A stretch of DNA of 64,000 nucleotides from Epiperipatus broadwayi (Eukaryota > Animalia > Onychophora). The stretch lies in NCBI GenBank assembly GCA_028023455.1, contig JAQFVV010000002.1, forward strand, positions 11,966,001 through 12,030,000, given 5' to 3'. Below, one piece after another: positions 48,291 to 60,900 of the stretch. The translations under genes were made by a program, and so were the position numbers. The stretch's first letter is position 1, and each line of letters opens with the position of its first letter. Under the pieces are notes generated by a model. The model was not told the DNA's origin. It searched no databases and worked only from the letters and a program-made list of their open reading frames with translations.

Positions 48291-51119
48291 AACAATATTT
48301 GAATACATTGGTTTCTTTCCTTTCTTCTCTTTATCTACAAATTATAAATAGATCATTTTCAGGACAATAAATGATTACAAAAAAAAAAAAAAACACTGTT
48401 TGTAATAGCACAGATTAGTATATATCACAATGGTCTGATCAATAATAGTTATCATGGGAATTGAACCTAGTCCTTTCGATTTATGAGTATTATATTTAAT
48501 CCTTAATAATGGGCAAACATATCATAAACAGTTAGGTTACATAGCATACAATAACATAATGTGTGTGCATATATATTTAAAGGAAAAATAAAAATTGTAG
48601 TATTTTCTACATTCACTGAAATAAAAATAATAATAAAGGGTTAAATAACTCTGGATTTAAAATAATATTTTATTATAAAATTAAATATTTAAAAAAGGTC
48701 TGAAAATTTTAAAATAAGCATGTTTTCTGATAATTACAAAAATCTATATTTTTGAAATCTTTTTAATTAATTGGTATCAAAGTAAATATATCACCCCTTT
48801 TGTCAACTTCCAAAGGATTAAAGTTAATTGAAACAGTCACTATATATTTTTATCACATGACCCAACCAAGATTATAAAAAGACATAAAAATTCCATTAGT
48901 TTTGCTTGCAGTTTTGTAAGAGTTGGCCAGAAGAGTCTGGTTTTAATATTTTAAGCAGTGGCCAACTGCAAAAGTTTGGCTTTAATTTTCTGAGAAGTGG
49001 TTAGCAGAAGAGCTAACTGTAGAGCTAGCTATAAAGTTGGCTAAAGTATTTTGTGAAGAGTTGGTAACTGTAGCAGAGAATGGCCACAGTAAAGCTAGCT
49101 GCAGAGATGGCTAGTATGATTATATAGAGAACTACCATGAGGATGTGTAAGAATGCAAGGAAGTAGCTGCTCTTCAGTTCAATAGCGGAGTTTGAATTCA
49201 TATGGAGGAAATGACCCACTTCTTTGTGTTGAAATTCATAGACATAAAAGTGTTCCAGAAAACAGCTTGCTGACCTGAAGCTTATCAAATCCAAGTCTAA
49301 GTGGAGCCAACTGCAGAAGGGAGAAAGCTAACCATACTTGAATTATATACTTTTACCCGATGATAACAATTGCCTAGTTGACCAAAAAACAGCTTGCCCA
49401 AGAAAAACACCAGCTGAATAAAGAAGTAGTTATACATATGCTGCTGTGTCTAGATGCAGAGAAGCACAGATAAATGTGTATACAAAAGTGAGTTGTTTTT
49501 AAATAATTCATTTGGATAACATTTTAAGATTATATTTTTAAATTTAAAGACATTTATAATTAGTTAAGGGGTAACCTAACAAAAAGCTTTCTAACTTCTC
49601 GAAAATTGACTATACTTTGTTTTAAAAGAATAAAAGAAAGCTAGCTGTAATAGAATTTAATAAACTGATTTTTTAAAATATTGATACACACATATATGTA
49701 AATTTTATGTATATTCAAAATGGAATTATTAATTATAAAAAGTATTGTTATTTATTGTTTGACAAAATTAAATTTGTTAATAATCTGTGCAATTCTATAT
49801 ACCTAGCATAAGTATTTGTATTATTAAAAATATGAGTTAAAAAGTTTAACCATTTATTATTTTTATATAACAAGTTAAACATGTTCAGAAATTTCATGCA
49901 CATGCATGTATGTGTGCATATATCTGTCAATTGTATTGCAAATACCAATGCTTGCCAAGTATAACTTATATGTAAAATTTTCATTACTTTTTTATTATTA
50001 AATGTCTATTCAAAGACATATTCCTTGTATATTAGAAATTATGCGTCCGTGTGCACAATATTGTAAATCAATGTAATAACTTTAATTGTGTACATAATTT
50101 TGTGTACTAGTCAAAATCAAAAGCCGGATTCTGCAGATCTTAATATTTATTTTTTGTTATTAATAAACTTGTATTTAATTGTAAAAATTGTATTAAATCA
50201 TCATTTCTTGCTCACACATAGTAATAGAGCTTATGTTTTCTGAGCTAGATTCAAGCAGGGGATTAATATATGAATGGGAATGTATACTAGTGCTTTTGGG
50301 GCATCCAGCGATGATCAATCATCATCATCCTGGTTGGCACAAAAGATAATACTCTTTAAAGCCCATGCACTATATTTTAATTTAGTCTTATTAGAAGTTA
50401 AGTTTATAGTTGGCCATAACCAGGGGCCTGAGCATTGATGATGATCAGCATTGTTTGATTCTTATGTATTCTGATGGATGAGCACTTAAGTGTTTAAACA
50501 ATTGCCCAAGGTGGCAAAGGCTCAATAGTTAGCCTGGTCTACAGAAGACTCATTTCCAATCCAGTCACAGGATTGACTGTTGATTTATTGTACTGATTTA
50601 TTTTAATTATTGATCATTCTTGATGATGAATAGTTTCTTTTGATATTTATTTTGAGTATTACTTATAACTACTTATGCTTATTGATAATGCTGTTGGATT
50701 TATGATTATGCTTGTAGTTACTCTAAGGAGTGACTGGCTGATCTCTCAGAGATCTCTTGATCTCATGCTTCCCTTAAATATATCTTATTTAAATATAATA
50801 TTTTATCTCATTATTTAAATTAATTTTAATTGAAATATTGTTGACTTGGGAGTGATGATGTTTTGCCATCACCCCAGGTATGACCATTTCCTTCCACCAG
50901 ATCTACCCCATCCTGGTTCAATATTAATAAATATATTTGACTATAATATTGTTTTCAAATTTTTAAAAATTATTTCAACTCAATGGAAATTAAAAAACTA
51001 ATTAAAAATAATAAATATTTTATTGAACCAGTTTTCTGCCCAATATTAGAATCTTTTCAAAATATGTAATTTTTCTAATAAATCATATAATCAATACATC
51101 TACCAATACTCCCTCAAAA

Positions 51120-52030
51120 CTATTTACATATATATAAATAAAATCTACATTAGCTATCTTTAAATGATTTTATATATATATATGTTTAATATAGAGAGCA
51201 TACTAATAGCTCAAGCAAGTTCTTATTTAATAAGTGTAGTAAGAGAAAATATTCAAAATCTTTATTTGTAAATACAAGCTTTTAAAATCGATGTCATGTT
51301 ATATATGAGTTGCTTTATTGATTATTATATATATACATTGAATTATATACAACTTTATACATAATTTTAAATGACTATATCTCATTTCTTAGATATAATT
51401 AACCTTTAAATAATTTACTTTTAATCCTTTATTTATCTATATTATACCATTCACTATCTAAAAATATTTCACAACCAATTACATAATTATCCAAATCATA
51501 CTCAACCTTTTATAAATAAATAAAATCTCTATAACATCTATATTAATTATATACATAAATTGCATACCTTAAATTATATTTTACACATCCTTATATTAAT
51601 TATACCTCACTTATTAAATTTTTCAAGTGTCCTTTAATATCCATTCACTCCCTAACTTTGCATTAAAGGACAATTGTAAATAAGATATAATTAATATAAG
51701 GATGTGTAAAATATAAAATAATTTGAGATATATAATTTATATATATAATTAATGTAGATGTTATAGAGCTTTTACTTATATTATAAAAAGATGAGTATAT
51801 ATGTATTAATGATTTGGGTAATTATATAAATTGGTTGTGAAATATTTTTAGATAGTGGATTATATAATATACACATATAATGGTTAAAAGTAAATTATTT
51901 AAAGGTTATTTATATTTAAGAAATGAGATATAGTTATTTAAAATTATGTATAAAATTGTTTATAATTCAATGTATATATATAATTGATTAAATGTAGTTA
52001 ATATAGATTTTATTTATATATGTGAGTCAA
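51120..52030. repeat. Large AT-rich palindrome (foldback)
   Basis: ~51320-51640 is the reverse complement of ~51662-51985 (visually ~85-90% matched) around a ~20-nt spacer. 51122-51150 pairs with ~51995-52024. The left arm has ~150 bp of extra sequence. Confidence 0.85.
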
Positions 52031-52689
52031 TAGTTTATATGATTGTATAATGGTTATGTAATATGAATGTTAGAGGGGTTATCGGGTTAAATGTTTGTAG
52101 CATGTCAAATACTAGCAGCAGCTGATTTGTTGACATTTTGTTTTCTTTTTTAAACTGCATGAAAACTATAAGCATGACATCAATACAAATCCTGGCATTC
52201 ATTGCTGTTAGAATTCTTTAAAATGGCATATCACAAATTGAAATCAGACAAAATTTGAATTTTTTGTTAATATTTTTATTAATAGGTTCATTTAATTTTT
52301 TTCTTTTCTACTCAGTTTACTAGATGCATGAAGAAAATAAAGACATAATTTTTTTTATAGGCCAGGCTCGTTACTAAAATGGATTAAAAATGCACGGATG
52401 ATTCGCATTTCAAGGCCTTCACAGCAATAAAAACGTAATCAAAATATTGGGTCATAAGTATTCAATTTTAATTATTTGAATAGTATTTAAATTTTTTTAA
52501 TTATTTGATAAATGGTATAATTTATTAATGGGTTTGTATTGGTGTGTCTGTGTAATATATAAATTATATAATATTGAATCATTTATGCTCTTTATTATAC
52601 TATATATAAATTTGTATTCAAATATAAGAAAAGTGGTTTGTGTACAATGTAATTTTGGGGCTCTGATGCAAGTTTGAGGCAACCTTATT

Positions 52690-53100
52690 TTATAGACATA
52701 ATGATTCTCAAAAGGTTTAATAATTTATTAGTGTGTTTATATTTATATTAGTGTGTTTATATTTATATTAGGGTGTTTGCACTTGTATATCTATGTTTGT
52801 ATAATAACTAATAATTTTTATATACAAAAATTATAGAATAGTGCAATGTAAATTTTAAGACTGATTGTCAGATATACAGAAAGATTGCAGTTGATGAAGC
52901 AATCAAAAATTTTCTGGGCATACTACTATGTGAAAATATGAACATTTAAAACCAATAAAGAGATATTTCAAATGGTGTATGTGGTGATAGCCGCAATGAT
53001 TATGTATGTACCACATGGATGCAGGCAAAGAATCAAATTCTGATTCTTGCCTATGCCTTGGTACTCATGCTATGGAGTCAGTAGTTTTGCCACATCTTGC
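52690..53100 (+). mobile_element. piggyBac-like transposase remnant
   Basis: IMILKRFNNLLVCL (cf. MSRNRF..I..CLHF), IE*CNVNF, IAVDEAI (~52865-52885, cf. SVDEAM), KPIKRYFK and GDSRNDYV (cf. KPIKRGFK..DSRNGY), in the expected order. No TIRs found. Confidence 0.7.
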
Positions 53101-55773
53101 ATCACATTATTTTCAAGTCTATAGCTAGAAAATGAGCTATATGCAAATAAATTATATCTCTGTAGAACAATAAATATAACAAGATAGCATCACTGGTGTG
53201 CATAAAGAATATAAACATCACTGGTGTACACAGAAAAAAATAAAATGAAGAGATGAAACTCATTTGCTTACAATTTCTAGTTTTAAATAGACAAGAAGCC
53301 AATGGCTATGATGACAAATGCATATTCATCATCTTCTGCAAATGATTTGCTTTGTATCTTTTATTACCATGAATCTTTTTCTTATAGATGCCTTGAGATT
53401 TGTTAACTTTTGGGGTACAAGATAAAAATGAAGAATTCTTATGCGACTAGTTCTGGAGATTCTGAAGCTATGGATTATCTCAAGTAAGACGTATTATATA
53501 TGGTCTAAATGAGAATTTTGTGATGAATATAAATAAATTAACAATGAAGATGTAATTTAAACTTAATTAATAATAATTTAAAAATTATGAACAAACAATA
53601 AAGTAATAATTATTTCAGATATTGGCATTTCTTTTTTTTCTCCTTATTTTTTTGATGGCAATCACTATTTATGTTAGCCTTATTGTTTTCTTTTGTTTTT
53701 CTAGTTTCTAAAAATATAAAGTTTTTTACTCTAACATTATTAAATCTGAAGTTATTGTGAAAATTTTGTCTCAAGTAAAGTTTTTTAAAAATTCAATATG
53801 GTACCAAAGGCCATAAACAAGATAATATATGACAATGTGTTTGAGTGTTGTGTGTATGAGGGGAAGGGGTGTAATAATGCAAAATTTCAGAAAGGAGGAA
53901 AAAAAATTGTCACTAATATTTTGATAACTTAGACCTAGATAGAATGCTATCTATTTTCTCTTGGATTATTATTATATTATTAATAGTTTATCACTTATTT
54001 AGAATAATCAACTTTCAGATGAGAAATCAAATTTAAATTTTAAAAAAAGACTATTTGAAATGCATGAGAAAGTGTATAAATAAAACTTTGGTGTAAAATA
54101 TATTTAGACGTCCTGGTTAAAAAATACTTTAGAAATAATATTATTATTATTAATGAAAAATATTTTTGGAAACTCAAAATATGTGAAATTGAATCTTTTT
54201 AAATACATACATATTTGGATGAATTAGGAGTTGCTAAAACTTATTAGCTGTTTCCAAATGTTTATCATATAGTGAATTTCATCTTGGCTTGCCATTTTAA
54301 TTAATCTTAGAGATAGTTCTTGTACTATGAATGTATATATAATTAATATATAAGAGCTTGTTAGGTATCATTAAAATATGCTTACTCTTCTCAGTATTGT
54401 ATCATATTTTTTATTATTACACATTAAATCAGATATGTCACTACTCTTATTTATTAATATTTTGAATTTGAACTTAAATAATTTCTTTTCTTTTTTTTTA
54501 GCAAAAGACTAATTAATATTTTTCTGTGCTTCCTATTTAAGATATTGTATGTTTTAACTACTCAGAATGAACTTTATGTATTTGAATTTATTATTGACTA
54601 TGCTCTTAAGTATAATGGCAAAATACTTTTTGAAAATTTGATAAGAATGTTTTGTTTATTCACACACCTCATTCCTATATGTTTGATGCATATGTAAATA
54701 TAGACCTGCATACATTTACATTTTCTTTTGTACTAAAATAAAGCAGAATTTAGTGAATATTTAATAAACAATAAATCTGAACGATATGAAGGTGATATTG
54801 GGTTTTTTTGCTGACATAATAAATATTGTCAATATAGTATTTACATGAATGATAAAGTGTAATCAGGATACAAATCCAGTCTTTATTTCTTAATCATACT
54901 TTTGGCATAATGTTTTATTCCAATTATAATTTTTTTTATTGAAAAATAAATAAATGTTATTTAAAGATTTTTTGATTTATATTTTTCAAATAATTAATTT
55001 GGAATCTTATATATCTTTTGATTGTTGTAAATCAATTTATACTTCATGATAAGTCTGGCTATATCTTATTATGTACTTGTTGAGTTTATACACTTGCTGT
55101 AATTGCTTAATGAGACTCAAAGGCTTAGCTATGGGCTAATGGAGAATTACTTAAATTATAGCATGATGATTGAATGGGGTTGAACTTAGTTCTGAAACCC
55201 CCTTATTTAAATCATTTAATGAGTGGCTTCTGCATTATACTATATTATTAGGTAGTTAACAAGAAAAGATCATTAATATATTAAAAAGTCAGTCATAGGG
55301 GGATTGACTTATAATCAACAATTATTTTAACTGTTTTATGATTTACTTTATTATTTACCAAAGATTTATTAAATTATCTTTGTAAATCAAATTTATAAAT
55401 AGATTTTGTGCAGAAAGGTGGCTGCAGAGAGACTGTAAAATTCTCTTAGAATGGCAATCAAAAATGTGACCACACATTTTCTTTTCTCCATCCTTCATCA
55501 TTAAATCACATAATAAACTATCATTTCAATATATATATAAATGGTTTTCTACTTATATACAAATAGGCCCCTTCCTTAAAAAATATTTAAAGCACACAAA
55601 ATTTACATAAAGAATGCAAAATATTTTTCATACTCTTGAACTTCAATGATATGAAAAAAAAACATTTGTATTTTTTCATTCATCATCAAAAAACTAACTT
55701 TACTTCTTTATTGAACTAATTGAAGTTGAAAAGAGAGGGGCAATATATTTCATTTATTTATTCATATGTCATA

Positions 55774-55858
55774 GCATCGGCCGGGACGCGAACCCACAAC
55801 CGTCTGCAACCAACTACTTGCTTGCAAGGCGATTGTGATGACCTCTCGGCTACCAAAC
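55774..55858 (-). mobile_element. CpG-rich tRNA-like sequence (short SINE head or tRNA pseudogene)
   Basis: Minus strand A box TAGCCGAGAGG and B box GGTTCGCGTCC. Acceptor and T stems are only partly paired. An ATGAATAAATAAATGAAAT tail follows. Confidence 0.6.
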
Positions 55859-57399
55859 AAACTTCTTTTTTTGTATTATAAAAAGGGGAGGGGGGTATCT
55901 TTCATTCATGCAACAAACTATCTTTATTCCTTATTATATCCTTCAAATTGCTCTGTATAAATCACTTTATATTATAATAGACTAGGGCCCACTCAGGATA
56001 CATTCTCATCAATGCTCTTCATTAAAAGTGCTCGGATTTTTATACACTGACACAAATTACAGATTATAATTTTACTCTTTGATTCTAAAAATAAATTCAA
56101 AAATCATTCACATTGTCTTCAATGAAGAGCCACTTTAACAGGCCTCAGATTTTTCAAAAAATTCATTCAATATACATTAGAAATGAAAAAATAATATTTT
56201 TTTTATAGCGCTATTTTAATTTAGCATATATTTATTAATTAAAATAGTAAAGTAATAACTAAACTACAAAATGCTTTTATAATTTAAATGTCTATCTAAA
56301 AGCTTAACTTTTATTTTTATCACGCCTCTATTTTTTATATTTACATGCACACGTAAAACAATTGTTGACATTTGAAATATAAATTAATATTTTAAAAACG
56401 AAACGGTAACAGTCGTATTATTTAAAAACATTTTCATAGCTTAAGTGGAGTTTTTAATTTATAAAATATGTATTTTTATTTTCATACAAAAAATGTAACT
56501 ATAAATTTTTACAAAGTATGTTAAATTTTCTAATTAAACTTTCCTTTATTACATAACACACTTAAGAACATTTTCCATAAGATTAGTTAAAAATTAATTA
56601 GGTTTAAAAACTGAAAACAATATTTTATAAGTTAAACTGTGTTTTAACTTTGAAATTATAAATACAATAAAAAACTTTGCAAAAAAAAAGGGGGGGGTCC
56701 ATAATAAAAACAATTTTACACCATAAACTTTTTTAAAAAATAATTTCTGACTCATTTATTAAATATTCATCAAATAAGTATTCTTAGTAAATGTAATAAT
56801 AATATGTATTTAAAAACTGATAAATAAGATCAATTGTTTCCTATTTCCCTAACAAGTTGATGCATAAAAAAAATTAAATAAAAAGGCAAGCGAATAAATA
56901 CTGACATTTATGCCATGAATATTTTATAACTCTTTTGTGGAATTATTTAAATATTTTGCATATTTGATTTATACTTGAAATTTGTATGCAGTTTATAAAA
57001 ATTCTTAATGTATTTTGTTAATTACCTTAAATACTAGTTTATTTTCTCAGGCTGACAAATGTCCATAGAATAATTTGTAATGTTATAACATGTGTACTAT
57101 CCACCACATGATGATACATAGGTTTCAGATATAAATGTAAATATATTAAACATAATATGGTAATTTACTCTTAGCGGGTTGAAATCGCTTGAGGGCATAA
57201 TTTATATATAAACAAATAGAATTATAACGTTACCGGGCCGGGCCTTGTCATAATATTTAATTATGTGGAGAGAATAAAAAACAAGTTGGATATGAAAGGT
57301 TTTATAATATGCAAAGTTAAAAGACAGATAATTTATTTTCATATACTCATTTAAGAAATGGGGTAAATATTTAAATAATATATTACAAGTATATTATCA

Positions 57400-57960
57400 T
57401 GAGGGATGGTAGAGAGAATAGATATGTTGATTAGAGAAAAGAAGAATTAGTTATGAAAAATGAATATGAATAAAAAATATTTTGAAGTTTTATAAAAATA
57501 AAAATTATATATAATAATGAAAGAATATATGATAATATTAACAATAACTTATTGTTAGCTACAAAAGCAGGAGCTTTATATACTAAAAAAAAGAAGTCAA
57601 AAGCAGAATGTTTCCTAGTTGTAGATGAAATGAAAGTACTGAACATTATTCTTGGAAAGTAAACTGGTAAAAAAACATCAAGGTAAATTGTATGGTAAAT
57701 AAGAGAAATTTAAAGCCAAAGAGAGGGAGAGACCTAAGTATTTAGAGAATATGAAAAGAGGATAGAAAACTATTAAAACAAATTGTATTAAGATGGATAA
57801 GATGTAAAAGCTTGAATCAGGACTAGAAAAATAAATGGCTAATAAAGAAGTAAATGAGTTTATTATATAAGAATTATGAAAGAAGAGAATCTTTAATTTG
57901 ATTAATGCACATAAACTTCTAACTTCATTTAAGGAAAAGCCACTTTGCATTTCATCAAAT
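57400..57960 (+). mobile_element. Decayed LINE ORF2 C-terminus
   Basis: LLLATKAGALYTKK followed by a degenerate C..C...E..EH..LE zinc-finger-like segment, purine-rich strand bias and an A-rich end. Confidence 0.45.
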
Positions 57961-60900
57961 TATCATCACCAATAAAAAAAACTAATCTATAAGAAATAAA
58001 ATGTACTTATTTATTATTGAATTGATTAAAAACAGTGTATTAAATAAATACCTAAAAATTATTTTTTCACCAATAAAATAAAATATGCATATTTATTATT
58101 TAATTTACTGCAAGAAGTGTATTGATCTTTTAATAGCTCATATATTTTCAACAATCCCTAGAAGTAGGTTAGATTAAATTTCCAAAATTTTTTGAAATTA
58201 ATTATATTTTTACAAATTTGAATTACTTTTAAGAAATGTAAGTTTGCAAATGAAAATCCTTCTTAAAAATAATATTTCAATTTTGTAAATATATATATAT
58301 AAAAAGTACTAAAATGAAATATGTAATCAGAACAATATTTTTTTTTCATACTGGATAATTGCTGCCTTGATGATAAAAATATTAAATGAACTAAATTAGA
58401 TTTATTTAACTCAATTTCTAAAATCTAAATGAATTATTGTTCCCATTACATAAAGATAATAAAATTCTATTTAAAATTCTACATATAATTATTAAAAAAT
58501 CATAAAAAATATCTGCTCTGTTCAACATGAGTTCACTCTATTTATAAACCAAATATAAATTACTACTCTGCATTATTGATTTCTCTTGATTTATAGTTTT
58601 CTAAAAATAAATATTTTCAAATAAAATCTGAATCTAACCATATTATTTTTCTCAAAAAATAAATATTACACAAACAACATGAAAAATATTAATTTTTATT
58701 TTTAAAATCTAAACTAAAGTATGAGTTCAAGCACTCAGGTGAAGAGAAGAAACTACTCATCAGTAGCATTGCTGACTCATTTGTTTAGTTTTCTCTATAT
58801 AATACTAACATTTTGATATGTTTTTTAAAAAAGTAATAAATCAATATTATTTCAGTTCCAATTTTTTGCCATTACATAAATGCAAAACCAGCAAACAAAT
58901 GCTAAAGATAACAATGAAAGTGAGTTATAATTGAAATGATCATAGCATCATCACAGAGATTATATAAAAACATACAAATTATTTATTTAGGAATCAAAAC
59001 AATACACATATTGAATAAGTGGCTGAAAATAATAAATATATTCATTTTATTTGTTTGCTAAATAAATTTATTATTGAATTTTTGGAAAGGGATCCATATG
59101 AAAGTAAATGAAAATAATAAGTTTGTTAAATGAAAGTATTCTATAAAAAATAAAATTCAATAAAGCAATATATTTAAATAAAAGAGAAAAAAAGTACATC
59201 TTATAAAATGTATGAATACAAAAATGTATACTTCTTAAAATTCAGGCAACTATAATTTTCAATATTTTTACACTGAATCATTGGATGATAACTATAACGT
59301 GAGAAATCATGACAGTACTGGATCACATTTATATTGTCACTTGACATTCGTCACAAACAATTTCAATGCTTGGCTTCAAATCTGCATTTCATTTTTTAAA
59401 AATTGCTTTCATTTAATATATTTATTGCGATTATTTTTTGCTTGCTAAAACATAGTTTATTTTTATATATTTATTTAATACATTTTTTGCCAGAAATTCA
59501 CTAATAAATACATATATATATATATATTTATCTATTATATCTTTCTCTGGTCAGTGTTATAATATCACCAAAAAACAATCAATGTATCAAAAATGACTTA
59601 TATAAATATATAGTAATGTAATTATGAATAAATAAATACATTGGTTATTTGAAACACATTGAATTCAAAATAACTGTAATGTTACTAAATAAAACTTTTT
59701 GTTTTTTTACTAAGAATAGCTACAATTAAAATATAACATCTTTCAAGTATTTGATCTGAGTTTGTCTGAGGAAGTAAATATTATGTAATGTTTTTTAATA
59801 AAATAAGCTGCCTTAACTGCTTTTTAAAAATTAATGTAAAAGTAATGATAAAAGTTATCAAAATAGTAATCATCATCATTTTGATGCTAATCTATATAAA
59901 AAACATTGGATATGTTGCATAAAAATGTATGTAACAAAAAAGCAGTGTCTGTAATAAATAGCAATGCAAAATAGATGTATTTTTTTAAGAATGAAGATTT
60001 TAATCACCCACATCCAGTGTAAACATATAGCTTAATACATTTAACAAATATTTGGGTGCTATTATTAACAGTTGAATGCAATTTGAAGATTTAAATAAAG
60101 TTTAATTTTTCTAAAGACATTCAATACTTAATATTAGATGATGGAAATAGTCCAAAATATAAATAAAACTAAAATACTACCATCAAAGCCTTCAGGAAAA
60201 CATGTACAACTTCATCTTCACATTCAAACATCAAGTTAAATCATATACATTTTATTCATAACATATGCAAATAGGCTGCCCTACCACTTTTTATAATGCA
60301 ATTTATGTACGAGTTGAAAAAAAAGTCTTTATTATAGAATGTATTAATGCCTGTGTTGTTTGAATGATCATATTTCAGAGAATTAACATATCGAAAATAT
60401 TTTTTATAAAATGTATATTTCATTAAACAAAAATATATATTATTCAACATACACAAATATTTCTTAGATCACTTCAGACAATAAATTCACATATAATATA
60501 CTCTTATTAACTTTGAATATCCTAAAATAATTACTCAATTATCTCGTCCAGGATGTTTCATGATTTATAATTGACAAATGATTGATTAGATTTATCATGT
60601 GAAATATGCTATAATAGTTATCTGTATTGGCAGGGAAAGTATTCATTTATTAATTAACATTCGTAAAAGTGCATGTACAATAGCTATAAAAGGCTGATAT
60701 TTAATGTATTACAATTATAAACATCGCGCTATATAAATAATTGCTTATTTATAATGGTTATCTTAAATGTTAAGCATTTAATTATTATAGAAAATATTGG
60801 TTAGTGTGATTTCAATTTTGCTAGGGTATATTTATTTACATATTATTAACAGTTGAGTGTTAGCCTACTTGCTTATTATAAAGATGCTAATTAATTAACA

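Noticed and set aside
48771-48782. TGGTATCAAAG resembling a tRNA-Met primer-binding site
   Set aside because: Imperfect match, no adjacent LTR end and no gag/pol motifs downstream.
52084-52090. GGGTTAA as a piggyBac terminus
   Set aside because: Orientation is wrong for the downstream transposase remnant and no matching TTAACCC end was found.
55774-55858. Functional tRNA gene
   Set aside because: Acceptor stem pairs at only four of seven positions, the T stem has a G-G mismatch and there is no clean anticodon arm.
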